The position numbers and the translations under genes are program-made. DNA of 62,563 nt, filler included. It is 7 parts of 7 records of this genome, joined end to end, with 100 filler letters (N's around TTAATTAATTAA, not from the genome) between each part and the next. Parts side by side here need not be neighbours in the genome. Positions count along the whole stretch, not along the records: positions 8,977 to 21,164 come from SRR15195285_1286; positions 21,265 to 25,393 come from SRR15195285_1290; 5 more parts are not named here. The stretch is one strand, 5' to 3'. Below are positions 10,898-24,200 of the stretch, piece by piece; within the stretch, counting starts at the first letter, position 1; each line of letters begins with the position of its first letter. Below the pieces are notes generated by a model, which saw nothing but the letters and a program-made list of their open reading frames with translations, ran no database searches and was not told where the DNA came from.

Positions 10898-11952
10898 ACG
10901 GCTTCTCCCCCCGCCAGGTTCCCCACCGGCTCACTGATGGGCCACCCCCGACGAGTTTGGCGAGATGCTGGCGCGCTATGCGCAGCGGACAGCCGTATCG
11001 TTGGCGAAACCTGTCGAGTGTGCCGTCAGACAAGCCAATCACACCAACCAAGTCGCTGGCAGAGTTCTTCCCCCGCCCCCCGAAGGGCAGCAGGATGCGG
11101 GGGGGAGGAAGGCGAGAAAACACACGGTAGACCGTGCCAAAGCCCCCTACATCCACCGTGGAGTGAGCTCTTACACACCACCCCGCAGCTGCAGTTTCCG
11201 CCCCGCCCTCACGCCAAATTCAACCTCCGAATTCCTCCTATTTGGTGCACTCCACGGTAAGTAAATTCGGTCGCCTGCCAGTATTGCGTCACACCGTGGC
11301 GTTGGGGAAATAGGGAGACCAGCCATGATCGTCGGTCTCAGCGGGACACCGGGATGACGTGTCGATCCAATGGATCCAACGTGTCGATGACGAGGGGGAA
11401 AAGGATACCTGCATATGGATAGCATACTGATCAGTAATGATTCATATGATTTTGATGTGTTCACTGGACTCCTCCACCATCACGTTGTCGCACAGAAGAT
11501 CTCCACGGAGGATCGGGTCATTCGATACGAATACACTCCGGCGCTTCCGGTAAGCGGTAAATTCACAGAGTAATCCACATTGTCGGTCGGGGAGGTGAGA
11601 TCAGCGCGAGCACCATTCGTCCGGCGCTAGCGGGCAGGGGGACAATTCAACTTTTTTACCCAACACGCCCTCACTGGCGCGCTCGCTCGGCCGCCACCGC
11701 GCACGGCCCGCACGCCCGCGGGCCGCGCCACCAATCGCCGGCTCGGCGCGCGTGCGGCACGCGCCGGCGCGCCGCCGCGGGCGCTGCCTCGTGCGTGCGG
11801 GCTTGTCGCGCTGCTGGACCAGCGCTGGACCTGCTGCGGCGCTGCCTGCGTCGGCGCTCGTGTCGCTAGTCGCACCCCACCGGCCTGTCGCTCACACGCC
11901 CAGCTTCCATTCACAGTTTTTGAGCGCCGCCGCACACGGCCTCGAGCCCGAG

Positions 11953-14900
11953 ATGGATCGCAAATGCGCTGTGATCTTCGACGCCGATGGGACGCTGGCG
12001 GATAGTCTGCCACCGCATGTGGCATTCTGCCGCATGATGGACGAGGAGCTGAACGCAGGGCTGCAGCTTCCAGAGACGAGCGACCTCGATGGCTGCCGCG
12101 CGCTCGCTGCTGCGCCGATGGACAACTTCCTGCGGCGCGCTGGCTTCGCCGAGAGCCACGTCGAGGCAGCGGTGCAGCGATACGAACGGAGCTTTGCCGA
12201 CGAATACCCAGTGGGGCTCTTCGATGGAGTGCCGGCGATGCTGCAGCAGCTGGCACGAGACCAGGAGGTGCGACTGGCGGTGGTGTCGAGCAACACGTCC
12301 AAGAATGTCCGGGCCTGCCTCGCCCAGCACTCAGAGGCTCCGCTGACCGACTGCTTCGAGTTCATATGGGGCATCGATAATGCAGCACGCAGCAAGGCCG
12401 AGTCGCTGGTCCAGGCTGCAGCAGAGTTGGGCCTGGCGCCACAACAGATCGTGTACGTCGGCGATACTGAAAAGGACGCGCGCTGTGCGCAGGCGTGTGG
12501 GATGCATTTCATTGGCGCGGATTGGGGTGGGTTCGAGGACATGGGACAACTGGCATCTGTCGCCGCATCTGCTGGCGGGGTTGAGGGCTTGGCACCGTTT
12601 GTGGCTCTACAGTCGCCGTCGACGGTTGCTGCGGAAGCCTCGCGCCTCATTCAAAGCAGCCCCAAGCCAACGCGACCTCGATCTTCACACTCAGCGGAGC
12701 AAGGCCACACCCAGCCCGAGCCAGGCACCTCGTCACCGTACGACGCTGCTGGCTGGTGGGACATCCTCTGGTTTTCATGGATGACGCCACTGTATGACAA
12801 AAAAGGTGAAGACCTCAAGCTGGAGGTCGACGCCGAGACGGCTTTTGCGAATTGGCAGACGCCACAGCGGGACGCGCCTGGAGCCCACGCCACAAAGCTG
12901 CAGCAAGCATGGAACGACGGCGGTAATGACGCTAGATTACTGCGTGCGTTCCGGGCAATATATGGCCGCTGGTGGCTGCAGATAGCCTCGCTAAAGTTGG
13001 TTGGTATGGTGTCGGTTGCTGGAACTCCTTTGCTCATTAAGTTTTTCCTCGGCCAGCTGCAGCTGCACACTAGTTCGTCAGTTGACACGGCTTCAGCCGA
13101 AGATCGTTGGCCATTTTGGGTGTTAATTGCGTTGGTTCCTACGATGACGGCCTGTTCTTTTTTGTACACGTTTACCTGGCACCAGTAAGTTTGCCCTGTC
13201 GTTTTCCACTCTCGAAACACGAAAACTGACCATCTGCGTTTGCGTTCGTTCAGTTACATGGCCCTTTCAATTCGCGTTGGCATGTGCATGCGAAGCGGCG
13301 TGCTGATGCTAATCTATCGTAAGGCATTGCGCCTTACAGCTCAGGAGCTATCGAGTTCATTGAACTCAGAAGTAAACAACCTGGTCACTTCAGACGCAGA
13401 GCGGATAGCCCAGGGTCTTACTTTCAGCAATTTCCTGTGGGGATCTCCAGTCGAAATCATTCTAAATGTCGCCTTGGCGTACCTGGAGCTCGGTTGGCCA
13501 GTTTTCTGTGCCCTCGGTATTTTACTCGCGCAGACGCCGCTTCTCAATTACTTCGCTCGACTGCAGGGTGGACTGCGGGGCCGTGTCGCTACCGAAACGG
13601 ACGAACGTGTGAGAACAATGAACGAGGTCCTGGGCGGGCAGCAGACGATCAAGTTGTATGGTTGGCAGGCTCCACTATTAGCACGCGTCACTGCAATCCG
13701 CGAGAAAGAAATTGCGTTGCTGTGGAAAATGCAGATGACTTTCGGCCTAAGCAAGGCTTTCAGCTTCATCTGCACCCTGCTGGTTAGTCTGGTTGCTTTC
13801 GGGCTCTATGCACTCGCTGGCAACCGGCTGACACTGCAGACCGTCTTCGCCTGCCTGGCATATTTTCGTCAGATCGAGCTTGCGTTGACGATGCTTCCTT
13901 TATCGATTGATGGCTACGTTCAGATGGTCGTGGCAACCAAGAGAGTCGAGACATTTTTGCACATACCGGAAGCTGGAAATGCGAGCAAGGCACACGTGTT
14001 GGCCCCACCACCAGGAGCTTGTGCAAAGCTGACTGGAGCTAGCTTCTCCTGGGACCCGGCCGGTGCTAGCGGTGGTACGAAAGCGGAGACTTCAGATAAG
14101 CACGATGATCTTGGTTGCCTGCATAATCTGGACCTACAGTTCACCACAGGCAAGCTACATGGCTTGATTGGGAGAGTCGGCAGTGGCAAAACCTCTTTGA
14201 TCATGTCGCTGCTAGGGGAGACAACGCTTGTGGAGGGCAAGCTTGCGGTTGATGCCTCAGTCCCGATTGCGTACGTACCACAGGAGCCGTGGATTATCAA
14301 TGCATCTGTCAGGGAGAATATCCTCATGGGTGCAGAATTTGATCAACGCCGGTACGATACTGTGGTCAAAGCATGTGCACTCGAGAAAGACTTGCGCCGC
14401 ATGCAACATGGCGACGCAACGGAATTGGGGGAACGCGGTCTCACAGTTAGTGGTGGACAGAAGCTCCGCGTGGCGTTGGCTCGAGCATGCTATTCAGACA
14501 CTCAGCTGGTGCTGCTGGACGACCCTCTTGCTTCGGTAGATGCCCACGTCGGCAAGCATATATTTGTGGAGTGCATCAAGAAGTTCCTGCTGCAAGACGG
14601 TGGACGGACAGTAATCATTGCCACGCACGCGCTGCACACTCTGCACAGCATGGACACCATCACTTTGCTTGAAGAAGGGCGGGTTGTCATTACAGGCTTG
14701 CCGTCGGAGGTTGCTAAGTCACAGCATCCGCTGGCACAGCAGATTAATGAGAGGTCCTCCGTGCTTGACATTCCTGACGATGAAGATGGCACTGACTCAA
14801 AGACGCTTGGTGATAGTGTCGAGAATGGGAGCAGCAACGCTGCCGTTACACCCTTGGTTGCCGAAGATTCTAAAGGTGTCAACCCCCCAAATGCGGTGAT

Positions 14901-17175
14901 GGTCAAAGAGCAGAAGGTGGTAGGCGAAGTTACAATAGACACCCTACGTGACTACATCAAAGCTGGCGGTGGCTACGGCCTTTGGGCCTGCACCCTGCTG
15001 TCGTTTGCCGGTGCTCAGGCACTCAAGATACTCGCCGACTTCTGGCTAGCACTGTGGGCCGAGAGTCAGGATCCGTCTGCAAACGCGCCGATGTCTTTTC
15101 CGTTCGTGACAGACCCGGCTACGCTGAGCTTAAAGCAGTACTGCGGCTTCTTTGCGCTGCTTACTGTTGTGGTGTTCGCAAGCGCGGTATTGCGGGCGTG
15201 GGCTTTCACCAACCGAGTGCTGACCTCTGCCGGCCAAATTCACCAGCAGATGTTTACGTCGGTCATAAATAGTCCGACGCTGTTCTTCGAAAGCAATCCG
15301 CAGGGACGGATTCTCAATCGCTTTTCCAACGATTTAGATAGGGTGGACAGTGAGCTACCGAAACAGGGTCTTGATGCATTGATGTACTGCATGGTGAGTG
15401 CCGCGGCTGTGGTCACGTGTGCGGTGCTACTGCCGTGGATGATAATTGCACTGCCGCTGCTAATCTACATATTCAAGGCTGTGCAACGTCGGTACCTGTA
15501 CACAGCGCGAGAGGTCACGCGCCTGATGGGAATGTCCAAGACGCCAGTTTACTCACTGTTTGCGTCATCTCTCGACGGCCTGGCATGCATCCGCGCAAGC
15601 CACCTGCAGCCTAGCCTTGAGGAGCGATTCGTCCACTTCATCGACGTTGCCAATCGTCCGTATCTACTCTTCTGGAGCGGGACGCGTTGGCTGGGGCTAC
15701 GCCTAGACATGCTCTCCTCGGCGCTGATCGCAATTTCAACACTGTGCATTGTTCTCCTGCGAAACCATATGTCTCCAGGTCTGGGCGGTGTAGCTATCAA
15801 CCAGATTTTCTTGCTGACATCATATTTCCAGTACTCGGTGCGCTGTGCAGCTGAGGTCGAAAACCTCTTCACTAGCGTCGAGCGCGTGCAAGCGTACACA
15901 CGGCTGCCTAGTGAAGAACGCCGAGCCGAGCAGGCGCGGCTTGAAGCAGGCAAGCCAGCAGCAGCCGACACCCCGCCACCAAGCTGGCCTACGGTTGGTG
16001 AGCTGCGGTTTGAACAGCTAACAATGCAGTATCGGACCAACATGAAGCCAGCTTTGACAGACATTTCGCTAGCGGTGGAGGGTGGGACACGTGTAGGTGT
16101 CGTCGGAAGGACAGGCGCTGGTGATTTGCTATACCTATTTTTGATGCACGCCGACTTCTTTCGAGCTCGCTGGTTTCCCCAGCGACTCTTATTGTGACCC
16201 CAACACTGCTCTGCATCATGAGCGCGACTGTTGCAGAGCAGTGTTGGTATCGCTTGCCCTCTTGTTTGTCCAATGCGCACCAGTAACTCGAGTGTTGCAC
16301 TATTGCAGGAAAAAGTAGCTTGCTTGCGGTACTGTTTCGCTTCGTCGAGCCGACGGCAGGCTGCTGTAAGATAGACGGATTGAACATCCAGAGGATCCCG
16401 ATCCAGGCGTTACGCCGTGCAATTGCGACCATCCCACAAGGTACGACACCCGAAATGCGCACATCTGCGTTGTGTGATTGAATTCAATTTTACGCAGTAT
16501 TCAGATTCCTGAGATATTCGATGTGGCGTCACAGAGCCTGTACTCTTTAAGACGACCATACGGGCGAACTTGGACCCGCATGGGCACTGGAGCGACGCCG
16601 AGCTGCTGGCTGCGTTGAGCCGATGCCAGATGCAGCAGAAGATTCGCGTGAAGTTAGACAGTGGCGCCGATGCTACTGATGCGGACGTGCTTAGTGCGCC
16701 GGTGACAGAGGGCGGCTCGAACTTTAGCGTTGGGGAGCGACAGCTGCTTTGCTTGACTCGAGCATTGCTACGGCCAGCGCGACTCCTAGTTATGGACGAG
16801 GCGACGGCCGCGGTCGACGTTGAGGCAGATGCTCTCATTCAGAACGCGGTTGATGAAATCAGTTCAGAGAAACACCTGACGGTGATTACTATCGCCCACC
16901 GTCTGCACACTATCATGGGCTACGACACGTGCCTTGGCCTGGAGCATGGACGAAAGGTGGAGCACGATACGCCGTTCAGGTTGTTGTCGCGGCCGGACTC
17001 GTTGCTCAGCGGTCTAGTGGCCGAGACAGACGTTGAGACACAGGCGAAGCTGAAGGAGATCGCGGCACAGACACACGCCCAGGCTAGCACTAGCAGCCGC
17101 GTCGAGTCAGGTCTACTCAACACCCATGAGAAACAAGCGAGGCTGAACGTCAGCGAAACACTAGCAAGGCCGTAG
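11953..17175 (+). CDS. HAD-superfamily phosphatase fused to an ABCC/MRP-type (MRP4-like) full transporter
   Basis: HAD motifs FDADGTLADS, VVSSN, RSKAESL, YVGDTEKD run in one ORF into the ABCC lasso-like SPYDAAGWWDILWFSWMTPL. NBD1 GRVGSGKTS / VSGGQKLR / LLDDPL; NBD2 GRTGAGKSS / FSVGERQL / VMDEATA. Introns 13185..13253, 16121..16308 and 16441..16534 all restore frame. Confidence 0.85.
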
Positions 17176-17307
17176 GTGAATTGAAAAAAGAGATCCTCAT
17201 GCCTTGTGGCCTACATGCGCTACCTTTGCTCGGTCATAATTTCTGGGTCTTGTATCCTCCGTCAATGCAGCGGAAGCAACATTCTATGGTCGCATCTGTC
17301 ACCATCT

Positions 17308-20300
17308 TCAGACCACAAACTGATCGTGCTCGACCATGCCATTTATCGTCCGGCCTCCGACCGCTGGCATAGACGAGATGACGTCAGCATTCATCGTGTT
17401 GATAAATCTTTCTTTGAAATCTTCGGGGGGGATAACAGAGAAATTTTTCCCGTGCTGAAATATCGACTTGCCCACATGCTCAGCCTGCCACACCAACAGA
17501 CAGAGTCTCTTCAAACGTGTCATAGTACGACACAGGAGAAGATGCTGCAGAGAGCGCACCTTCTTGCGGAGTTTGAATGGCACAAGCGTGTCAATAATGC
17601 CGAGGAAGACCACATCTGAACTTTGCCTCTGGACTGTCAAGCTCATCGGCTCAAGCCCCGGTCGATATGTCATTGCTTGCATACCACCCTTGTGCTGCGC
17701 GAAAAGGGACACGGGTGGCGATGACTCTCTCGGTGAGAATGTCGCGCCGACACCACAACTACTGCCACCGTCAGGGTAGCCATTCCCAACACCGCTTGTA
17801 TCGCCATCATTCTGTTGTCCACCGCGATTCTCCGCAACACCAGAGGTAACAGCAGTAAGTGCACCACTGCTGCTGTGTGCGAACGCCAAATCGACAAAAT
17901 CTGCCCATGAAAGCATATCGCAAACAGCTGCCTCCGAATCTAGCTGTTGCTGCTCCGATTCAGGCTCAGGCTCAGGTCCCTCTGAGACTGTGATGACTAG
18001 CTCACTGTGTAAGCTCTTTACCTGCTCTAGCAGAGCTTCATTGTCTGGGTCATGCTCTAGTTGCTCCATCAACTCCATTTGCTTGCGCTGAATCTCTTGT
18101 GGCGAGGACCTCTCTCTACGGAGCGATACGCTATGTTGATTCTTTTTCAACATAGCGTCCGCAGCTTCCACTCCACCAACTGCATTGTCAGTGAGTAGCT
18201 GATACTTTCGCTCTAGCTCATCGATATGCTTTGAAACCCATCGGTCCTTCTGCTCTGCCCTTTGCCTCTGCTCGGGTGAACTTTGTAGCCCCAGCCCTGC
18301 TAAACCGCTCTGCAATGTAGCCAAAGCCTGCACGCGCTGCTCCCGCGAGCTAGCCGCATCGCCAGCAGCATCAACGGCGGCTGCTGGTGCCGAGTTGGCC
18401 ACTGGCGACGCGTTCATTTCACTGTCAGCGCCAGGTGTGCGCGGTGTCGCAGGTGGCCGAGATGCTGATGAAGTCGGCGGTGATAGCACACTACTGTAGG
18501 GACGCTCACTACCACCGTTGTGAATTCCGATTAGCAGCGAGTAGTCGATGATTCCATGTCCGGCCAAAAAGTTTGCATCCTGCGTAATCTGATTTCGCAA
18601 CGACTCTGCAACGTGATGTGGTAGACCGACTGTCCTGTTCATATCTGAAAAGTCAAGATCTTTGTGCACCAACCCAAGCGTGCCGCGCTGCTCCTCGCCA
18701 ACAGTGCGGTTGTGGGTTGATCCTGTCACACCATTGCCACAGGATGCAAGTATACGGGGTCATCACATAGTCTGTGGATTGTGATTGAGATTGGTGGATA
18801 GGTACAGCACACACCTTTCAGATCGAACCGCTCGTGAACCTCCAGTGGTGTGTTGAACACATTCGACATAATAACTAGATGAAAGACCTTACAACCATTA
18901 CCACCACCAGCTGGCACTCTCAGATCATAGAGGCCGAGGTACTTGGTCAACAGCGTGTCTTTGTGGCTAGTGACATAGTTACGGTATGATCGCAGCATTG
19001 CAATCAGTGAGCCACGCTCGTCAGCGCCGATAGTCTTGACCATGAACCGCCCGTCGTGGGACCAGTAGAAGAGGCTACCAGACTTGCCCTCGGACACCAT
19101 GCTGCTCATGCCCCTCAAATCGCCCATCAAGAGCCCCCCTGTCCAATCACAATCACCGTTCGTTCATGCGCTCGGAAAAGCCGAGAAAACAACACATTGA
19201 TTGTACTTGATGGTGTCGCCCCTACTAGAGTGGAATGCCAACAGATGTGCATGGACAACGTACCGATAACTTGACGAACACCAAGTGATGCCAGAAATAC
19301 CTGGGAGCTGATGCCAAACGACTCCCGAATCTCTCGGAACAAAATCGGGCCTATCACTGTTATCGATGCCGATGCCATCCCACTACTACTACAGGGTGCC
19401 AATAGCGGGGCAGCGTCTGCTTCACCACTGCCGTTAGCAGGCTCGGCAACGTCGTGCAGCGCAGCATCGGCGACGTCCACAACAGCATCGCGAACCCCTG
19501 CCGCTATCGACTTTGCGCGTTCGCGCAGCCTCCTGGAGTTGTGAGACTCTGCCACAGCTGCAGTGGCTGAGGAGTGATACATTAAGTCGCAGAGTCCACA
19601 GGCAGCTTGGCGCACTGCAGGCTCCATCTGCCACTTCTCTGACATCTGCAGTTTCTGGGCTTCGCGCAGGACACCCGCAGACTCGAACCTTGCCATGACA
19701 GCAGCTGGCAGCCGGCCGTCAGTAGCATCGTTCCCAATCGAGCGGATTGCCCGAATAACTTTTAGCGCCACAGTCGGGGGAGGATCGTGCAGCCGTAGCA
19801 CGAGTGCGCGTGCAAGGGCGTCGCCGCGTTCCTCGTCTTTAGCCGCAGCGATGAATTCATCCAGCAGCAACTCACTCGCAGGGACGTCGTCATTAGTCGA
19901 GATTCCTAGCACAAGCTCTCCACACTTCCTCGCATTGTCTTGCTGACGGCTGTCCCCCGCACTCGGTATCGGATAGGTATACTCAGGGATTGGCTCTGAT
20001 TCCGACTTGTTTAGGGCATCCTCTGACCACGAACGGGAAAGACGGCGGTGCACGACTCGGTCGAGATCCTTCTTGCTCTCTTCAACTGCAATCTGCAGCC
20101 CGAGCATCAGCGTCAGCATGAATTCCCACTTCTCTTGCCCGAAGAAACTGCACGCATCAGCACCATCAAAAATAGTTTAAAAGCAGCAGATGCGACCAGT
20201 GGTAAACTCTGCGGCATACAGGTGGCGCCTGTGGTGCTGCATTCGGTACGCACAGACGTGAGCCGAGCGCTTTCTGCGCCTCCTGCTGCCGCGCGTTGCT

Positions 20301-20990
20301 TTCCACCTCGCGGGAAACGCTACGCACGAGCGCGTCTGTCGCACCCAAATGCGTCATTTGGTCCCCCATCTGATCGCATGCCTGGCGGTACTCCTCCCAC
20401 GTCAGCTTCGAGTCGCCGTCGCCATCGAAGCCAATGAACAGCCGATCCACGAATTCGTCTATGTCGGGGTTGTGCGCGTCCAGTGTGAGTCCAGAGAGGA
20501 CGCTGAACATCGACTCGATCAGTGTCCTGAGCTCTGTACGGTCAACAACACCGTCGTGGTTGAAGTCACAAATGTTAAAGCCGAACCTGAGCCGCTCATC
20601 ACGCGAGCCACAAACCATAATCAGATTCCACTCGAGGAACTCTCTAAAGCCAATGCGCCCGCTGCCGTCTACGTCGACAGCGTGGAACATGAAGCTCGCT
20701 AGCCCGCCCTCATCTGCTCCCGAGCGTGCACCCAGTACACCCAGTGCCTTAGCGAACTCCGCCAGATCCAGCGTCCCGTCGTGCACAGTGTCGATCGTAT
20801 CAAAGAGCGCTCGAGCCTGCGTCTCCATCGCCTGGACGTTCGCCTGGCCATGCCGCTCAATCAACGCCGCGCGATCCTCCTCAGTCAGCACGCCTGATGG
20901 CGGGCCACCGCCGCCGACGCCCCGACGGCGTGCCGACGTTCTCCGATCGAAGAGGTGGTTGGGTGACTGCCACACCGAGGAAGGGTCCAT
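17308..20990 (-). CDS. Phosphatidylinositol-phosphate kinase (PIP5K family) with N-terminal NCS/recoverin-like EF-hand domain and an ENTH/VHS-like insert
   Basis: EF loops DTVHDGTLDLAE, DVDGSGRIGFRE, DFNHDGVVDRTE, DGDGDSKLTWEE; PIP5K motifs SEGKSGSLFYWSHDGRFMVKTI, FDLKGST, KDLDF, IIDYSLLIGIH, FLGIIDTL. Introns 20253..20148, 19263..19139, 18814..18723 and 17559..17485 give one continuous frame. Confidence 0.87.
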
Positions 20991-21164
20991 CCGCGCTAAG
21001 GCTGCACCGTCTAGCTCGACACCCCCCGCCGGGCCGCGGCACGCGCGTAACGAAGCGTTACCGCGGCGCGGGTATTACGGGTATCATACGATAGTATGGT
21101 ACTCGACCTACGGTGCATCAGAGGCCGGAGGTTCGCCCGCGCGGAGCATCCAACCTGGGCATAT

Positions 21165-21264
21165 NNNNNNNNNNNNNNNNNNNNNNNNNNNNNNNNNNNN
21201 NNNNNNNNTTAATTAATTAANNNNNNNNNNNNNNNNNNNNNNNNNNNNNNNNNNNNNNNNNNNN
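21165..21264. other. Artificial contig linker
   Basis: 44 N + TTAATTAATTAA + 44 N. Confidence 0.97.
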
Positions 21265-24200
21265 GGGGGTAGCTGCTGCGGGGGTAGCTGCTGCTGAAGC
21301 TGAAGCTGGCGCTCCTGCTGCTGGAGCCGCTGGAGACGCTGGAGCTGCGTCTGCTGAGTCTGGAGTTGCTGAAGCTGCTGCTGGGCCTGCTGCTGCTGCT
21401 GCTTAGCCTGGAGCTGCTGCAGGTGCTGCGGGTGCTGCTGTACATGATGCAGGTGCTGAGGCTGGTGCAGATGTTGCTGATGACGCTCATTTGGTCGCTG
21501 TGCCAGAGTAGCCGACGCACCTTCTCCTCCAACTGTTGCAGACATTGAGAGCAACGAAGCGGCTTCTCCATTGTCTGTCGTGCCAGCATCACATCCGTTC
21601 CCACTCAAACTCGCGCGACCACTCGAAGGTGGGCCGGGTGCGGCATGGGCTCGATGGACGGCCTCCTGCTGTTCATCCGCGCTGTCGTCATCTTTGCTGC
21701 GCCAAGCCACCGCAGACGCTGCAAAGTTGAGGAACAGCGCTCGATTGTGTGGCTCAGTGTACCAATGCCCACCGTGCCATGCTTCTTGATTGCCGAAACA
21801 GTGGTAGTTCGACACGACTAGCACTTGTCCTAAACCTTGCGGAACCGCCTCGGCCTCGTCAGGCTGCGCATCGGGTGCTTGATTTGCACGAGCAAAGTAG
21901 GCCAGAGTCCCTCGGCCATTAGGCGCGTCTGCAGATGCCGACTCGGCTCCTGCTGCCACCTTCGGGCAGCTGTTGAGCATGATGCCGCCACATGGCCCTT
22001 CGACTGGACGCGGCTCCGTCAATTCGAAGACCGTCTCATTGGTGTTCGTAAAACGGTTCACAACCCCGAACGGTCCTCTCAGCAATTCGATCGCTGAAGA
22101 ACTATCCCTGAGAACAGCCTCGACCTTGTCGGGCTTTAAGTTGTAATCCATGCGCTGGCTGGTGCTCGCACGCGGAGGGTTGTGTACCCCAAGCCAGGCC
22201 ACCATCTGTGAATTCCAATGATCTTCCGATGAGTGGTTCGAGAACGCAGACAGGATGGCGCTACCACCTGACGCGACGAAGCTCTGCAGCTCATCCAGCT
22301 CCGACTCATCCAATCCGGGGCCCATGGTTGTCGACAACAGAACCAGGTCCACGTCATCGTTCGTCAGGGAGCCCGGCTCCAGCTTGTTCACCGGGAGGAC
22401 ATGCAACTCGAAGATCTCGTTGAGCGTCTCTCGGAGCTCACCAAATGAGGTAAGGTCAGCGAGAGACCCTTCCATCGAACGTGTTTGCGAGAGCGTGATG
22501 ATTTTGAGGGGGAGTTTGACGCCGCGTGTAGTAACACATGGACAGCGAGCATTTGGTCGGAGTGCTGATTTGAGCGAACCGTTGCACAAACCACACCAGG
22601 AACGGCCCATTGGGTCAGCCCGGCTCAGGTGCACCGGCTCTACGATCTGCCCAGGCCCGCCGCACACTTTGCAGCTGGGCACCGGGCATCGCGTAAGTCG
22701 AAAAGGCCCGCTGTGGCGCGGACAAGAGCTGTCGCTAAGAAAGGTGGTCAGGTCGGATGCGCGTCGCATCTCATACGCGCCCAGCAAGCGGATCTGCTTG
22801 TTACGAAAAGCCTCGACCTGTTGACGCTCAGTCTCGACCTTCGATGTGCGAATGAAACTGTGCCAAGGGCCTTGCGGGTGGTGGTCAGGTAGTTGCGTGC
22901 CCTTCAGTGTTGCCCACTTGAAGTAGCATCGAATGTTGCCTTCTGGAGCCGGGTCGTTCGCGCAGAAAGTGAAGCCCACCGCGTGTTGCAATGTGGGGCT
23001 TGCACAGTAATTGATCGCGTCGTTGAGAGTCATGTCGGCAACGAAAACATCATTGGCGATGTTCAGGGGCCCCTCTTGGTAGGTGTACGTGGTAGTATCA
23101 GAATCTTCAAGATCCGCGGGTGCACCAGAAGGTGGCAGCAGGCTGAGAGCCTGAGGGTGGTTCTTATCCCACTGCGAAGCGTCGCGTTTGATTTGTGGTC
23201 GAGCGGTGCTACATGCCGAGTCATCACGAGCCTGCAGCACTTGCGGCAAGCAGCACTTGAAGTACTGCTCGCCCGTGCCGCACGGGCAAGGATCTTCAGG
23301 CTGTGGCAAGACATAGCGGTGTAGAAGCCGATGCGGACTTGCGTGGTGGCGAAACACTTCTCTTGGCGGGAAGTGACCTACACTCTGCGACATTGGTGAA
23401 GGGGCGTCGTAGAAGAAGCGGTTCAGAAGCGATACCCACAGCAGGTCGAGATAAGCCTGGTCCCGTAGGAGCCTGCAGACTTGCGCCGCTCGCCCTAGAT
23501 CCTTGGGATCCAGCCGTAGAAAGATCTTGGTGAGGAGTCCCATCTCATGTAGGAGTTCCAGGTCCGGCAGTCGTCCCGAGCCCCGCGCAACCTGGGCGGA
23601 GCCCGGGAAAGACATTGGCGGCGCAGGGGGCATCACTCCAGTTGACGGCAAAGAACCAGTCCGCAGTAGGTTCTCCGGGGGTGGTGCTGTCGCGCTGCTG
23701 GTCCTATCGGGAACTGGATTCGTCGGACCGTTGAGGTGAGAAGCAGCGTCAGTCAGAGCTGCAAGCGAGTCGGCGGCTGCTGCGGTGGAGGCTGGCTGGT
23801 TGTTGCGCCCTGTAGGACCGGCATTTTGGAGTACGCTGAGCAGCGCCCACATGCTACCTTCCGCGTCAGGATCTGTGGATGGGGGCGTGGGTTGGAGCTT
23901 CCTTGCGTTGCGATTCGGAGGACCGTGGATCGGCTGCCGCAGGACTGTGGTCCCGGGCAGCGGCGGGTTCGGCGGCGGTGGAAATTGACCGGGCTCGAGG
24001 TGAGCCGGATAATGGCAAAGCGGCGGGAGCGGCGGCCCGTTGGGGCTCCAATCCCGATGCCACGACATCACGGCCGTGTTAGCCAGCCCAGGGCGTTTGA
24101 CCTCAAGCAGTGCTGCGTGAACCTGTAGAAATGTGCGCACGTGAGCGGGTTGGACGTTGGGGGGGCAAACAGGAGGGGAGGTCGAGTTTCGTAGGGCAGA

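Noticed and set aside
10451-11260. 269-aa plus-strand ORF with a His/Gln repeat
   Set aside because: Non-ATG start, low-complexity content and overlap with a better-supported minus-strand spliced gene; not fully excluded.
13185-16534. Apparent frameshifts or pseudogenes in ABCC, and likewise ABCF, MetAP1, PIP5K, BBS4, SGNH and SIAE
   Set aside because: Each break is explained by a GT-AG intron that restores frame and conserved motifs.
23247-23290. SEC-C motif and SecA-like ATPase (61780-62200) as a split SecA system
   Set aside because: They are on different contigs, and SEC-C occurs in many unrelated proteins.
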